DNA of 64,000 nucleotides from Guillardia theta CCMP2712 (taxonomy: Eukaryota; Protista; Cryptophyta), in contig NW_005434451.1 of the NCBI RefSeq assembly GCF_000315625.1, positions 757-64,756 of the forward strand, read 5' to 3'. The notes below the pieces were generated by a model, which was given only the letters and a program-made list of their open reading frames with translations, was not told the origin of the DNA and searched no databases. Within the stretch, counting starts at the first letter, position 1. Every line of letters starts with the position of its first letter. This document shows, piece after piece, positions 60,982 to 64,000 of the stretch. The position numbers and the translations under genes were made by a program.

Positions 60982-61028
60982 GGCGAGACTGAAACGATTC
61001 GCCCCCTCCCTACCCTAAAGAACACGAA

Positions 61029-61040
61029 AACCTGTCAGGT
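61029..61040. promoter_or_regulatory. Palindrome (A)ACCTGTCAGGT upstream of the second cpeA
   Basis: 48-59 nt upstream of the ATG and next to CACCACCCTACCCC, as at the first cpeA. Confidence 0.55.
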
Positions 61041-61802
61041 CACCACCCTACCCCCTCTTTCTCCCCCGTGTACCACTACCCTTACCTACAAAAATACCAC
61101 CCCACCCATTGTACACATTTCAAATTGAATTCCACCCTCCTTCCAGGACTGGTCATCCGGAATTTGTTTGATTTTCAGGAGGGTGGGTGGTGGGGTAAAA
61201 TGTTAGGGGTGGGTGACGATTAGAGCTGGCTGATAGGGTTCTTAAACATGGATATAGGGTAGGGTACCAATGATTGTTTCCCGGTGGGTAGGGTACATGA
61301 GTCATACCCACGAAGGGGTGGTGCTCCATATTTCTCTATGGACCCCTACCTCAACACTACCCCCCATCAACAATCCACCTACCATCGCACACCCCTTTCA
61401 AGACCTCAGATGACCCTACCCACCAACAACATCACCCCCACCCTTGCGATTAATAACCCCACCCCCTTACTTCATATATTTCAGACCGGTATAGTCCCAA
61501 CTCGACCTTGGTGTCATTAAAATTTCTTCACCCCCCATTCCCTCCCCCAGTACCCACCCTTTGCTCATCCGATTCTCAGGACCCTCCCTCATGCAGAGAT
61601 TTGAGGGGGTGGTATTCGGGACAGTAGTGACCTGGTCACTAGCCGGTCCCGGCGCCGGGCCCGGTCAATGGCAGTGCCTATCACCAAAGAGTCTGACACT
61701 AATTGAATCAGCGCTGAAACTTGCTGCCTCCATTTTCGCTCATTTCATGATGCTGAGGCGGGTCTTTGACCTGTGCCCGCCGAGCGATTCGCACTTTTTA
61801 TC

Positions 61803-63925
61803 ATGGCAGCGAGCAGGGCAGCGAGGATGCGGAGGGGGGAGAGGGGGGAGGAAGGGGAGTGATGCGTCCTCGGAGTCTTTCGTAGCTACTCACCCACTTC
61901 CTGTCACGCATGTGCTGTACCCTCCATCATCCCACCCCTCAAGGATATCACCAACTCGCCCCGTCCTACAACCTTAGTTTCCTTTGCTTCCACCCCTCCC
62001 ATAATTTACCTACTCTATGCTTTCATCCCGCCGTACTTCAATCCCTCGATGCAGTTACCTCTCTCAATGTTTCGCCCTCTGCTTGTTTCATGTGCAGTCG
62101 CAGTCTGTCACAGGAAATGATTCCTAGGAGATTGTTGGAGGGTAGGGGAGTGCAAGACAACGAGACAGAATGAGGCTGAGAGGACGAAGAGGGAGGGAGG
62201 GAGGCAGAGAGGAGGAGGTAGAGACAGAGGAAGTTTCGGCTCTGATCGTTGAGCTTGCCAGGGTCGAGACGAGAACATGTCGGAGAGGCCTTCCGCCCCG
62301 TTCTTGGACAAGGGAGGAACCATTGTAGCGGCAAGGTAACGGAGCCTCCCTTCTCCAGTGCCGTCTCTTGCTTCTTTCCTTGAGCCCCTGCCCTTGCAGG
62401 GTCAGCGACATAGCAGGAGGAGGGCTGCAGCCGTACCCGCCGGGAGGAGAGGTGAGGGAGAAATGGGCCCTGTGCTCTATCGCTGATATGATGCAGTACC
62501 TTGCCAAGGCTGATGAGACGCCGACCAAGATAGCAAAGATGTTTGGAGTCGATCCCTTCCGACTGGTAGCTCTACTCGCTATGTTACCTCGTGATAGCTC
62601 TACTCGCTATGTCACCTCGTGATAGCTCTACTCGCTATGTCACCTTCTGTTGTGTTACCTCGTGCTAGCCTGATGGTCTTGAGAACAGGTGAAGTTGAAC
62701 CAAGGAAGGTACCCGGATTTGATCTCGACGTCCAAGTTGAGGTCAAACACTCTCATTACCCTCCCGCAGAAGGACTGGAGGTAGCAGAGAGCATGCGTTG
62801 TTGTGCTCGTCGGGGAGTGACGAAGAGTGCGGGGAAGGTGGATGCTCACGAGGGTCCTGAGCAAGAGCAAGAACGAGAAGAAGAAGAAGGTGGGATATAT
62901 GACTTGTTGGATGTTGAGGAGGAGGCGAGGAGGGTTGATGGGACTTTCCTGTTTCCTCCAGGTGTACACCGTGCAGGACATTGAGCCTGATGCTCATGCG
63001 CCGGATCATTTCACCATCTTCGAGAGTGTGGAGAGCAAACGAATACAGGTTTGCAAGCTGATGGCTGCCTCTTTATTCTTCTTTCTGTCGTGTCTTCCTC
63101 CTCCTCCTCCTCCTCCTCCTCCTCACTCATCCTCCTCCTCCTCCTCCTCACTCATCCTCCTCCTCCTCCTCCTCCTCCTCCTCCTCCTCCTCCTCCTCCT
63201 CCTCCTCCTCCTCCTCCGTCCTCCTCACTCATCCTCCTCCTCCTCCTCCTCCTCCTCCTCCTCCCTCTTCCTGTCGCATATGGGTGACCAGTCTTATCTC
63301 AGGACTATCCCCAACTCAACAACACATATGAGCCAGGTCATAGAAAGTCTTCATCGAGACATCACATCTGACGCGTGTAAACGATCAGGGGAGGTGGTGT
63401 GCGCTTTGTATCCTGTTGTATCCGAACAAGTCGAGGCCTGGTGAGTTTGGTGTTGAAGCAAACGAGTCCTCCTCCCCTCCCCTCCCTCCCTCTCCTCCTC
63501 CCCTTCTGCTCTTCCTCTTCTCCCTCCCTCCCTCTCCTCCTTTCCCACCCTCCTCGCCCTCGCTCCGTCCCTCTCTCCCACCCCGCCCTTTCTCCTCCCC
63601 TCTTTTCCCTCTCCCTTACTTCCCCTTCTCTTCCCTTCCCTCCTCGATGCCCTTCTTTTCTCCCTCCCCTCTCTCTCTCTTTCTGAGCGATGCTCCTGTG
63701 TTGATGTTATGAGGTTTTGGGACTGCATCCTCACTTTGCTTGTTGATGTTTTTCATTCCAACTCTCTTGACCTCTGTCACCTTGTATAACTATGGTTTCT
63801 CCGATGATTGTCTTGTCTTATATCATCGCATTGATTCTTCTTGTCTTTGTTTGCCATCTCGCCTTATGCTCTCTTCACAATCTCCGACAGGGACAACTCG
63901 CACTGGCTGACTGTCTTCTATCCCG
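61803..63925 (+). CDS. Protein with a LysM-like domain followed by an SGF29-like tandem Tudor domain (multi-exon; start uncertain; runs off the window)
   Basis: YLAKADETPTKIAKMFGVDPFRL-VKLNQGRYPDLISTSKLRSNTLITLP (LysM pattern), then GRWMLTRVL...YTVQDIEPD...GEVVCALYP...WLTVFYP (cf. SGF29 WILAEVV..YEVDDID..VLALYP.TT.FY). Confidence 0.6.
63095..63265. repeat. (CCT)n intronic microsatellite; similar tracts at 5093-5140, 57175-57210 and 63930-64000
   Basis: Read directly. Confidence 0.95.
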
Positions 63926-64000
63926 GTGAGCTCCTCCTCCTCCTCCTCCTCCTCCTCCTCCTCCTCCTCCTCCTCCTCCTCCTCCTCCTCCTCCTCCTCC

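Noticed and set aside
1-64000. tRNA or rRNA genes
   Set aside because: None recognised by eye; tRNAscan-SE or Infernal would be needed to exclude them.

Overview
Eukaryotic nuclear DNA, almost certainly a cryptophyte alga (Guillardia theta-like). It has two phycoerythrin alpha-subunit (cpeA) genes with signal peptide + transit peptide + twin-arginine presequences, other signal+'AF' bipartite plastid-targeting leaders, many short GT-AG introns, abundant purine/pyrimidine microsatellites and several N gaps. Recognisable genes: a DUF4864-like plastid protein, MDM35/TRIAP1, an FKBP-TPR protein, a CENP-B/pogo HTH-only protein, a divergent Nup107/Nup84, an 8xEF-hand+ankyrin protein, a double tetraspanin-like protein, two cpeA, a UAA/SLC35B1 nucleotide-sugar transporter, a long coiled-coil protein, an AlkD-like glycosylase, the 5' part of an MGDG synthase, and a LysM-like + SGF29-like Tudor protein. 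Mobile DNA: (i) a Ty1/copia LTR retrotransposon (~41.2-49.6 kb) inside a 10-bp satellite, with a Tudor-like segment between integrase and RT; (ii) an unclassified element at 0.2-3.6 kb with an intronless 717-aa ORF, a 12x20-bp monomer array and a diverged 5'-truncated copy ending at TTTAGGG-like repeats. Intergenic DNA has recurring TACCC/GGGTA strand-skewed islands and palindrome-dense GC islands. Both cpeA genes share an upstream ACCTGWCAGGT palindrome. All protein calls come from motif recognition by eye with manual splicing; no searches were run and many exon boundaries are approximate.
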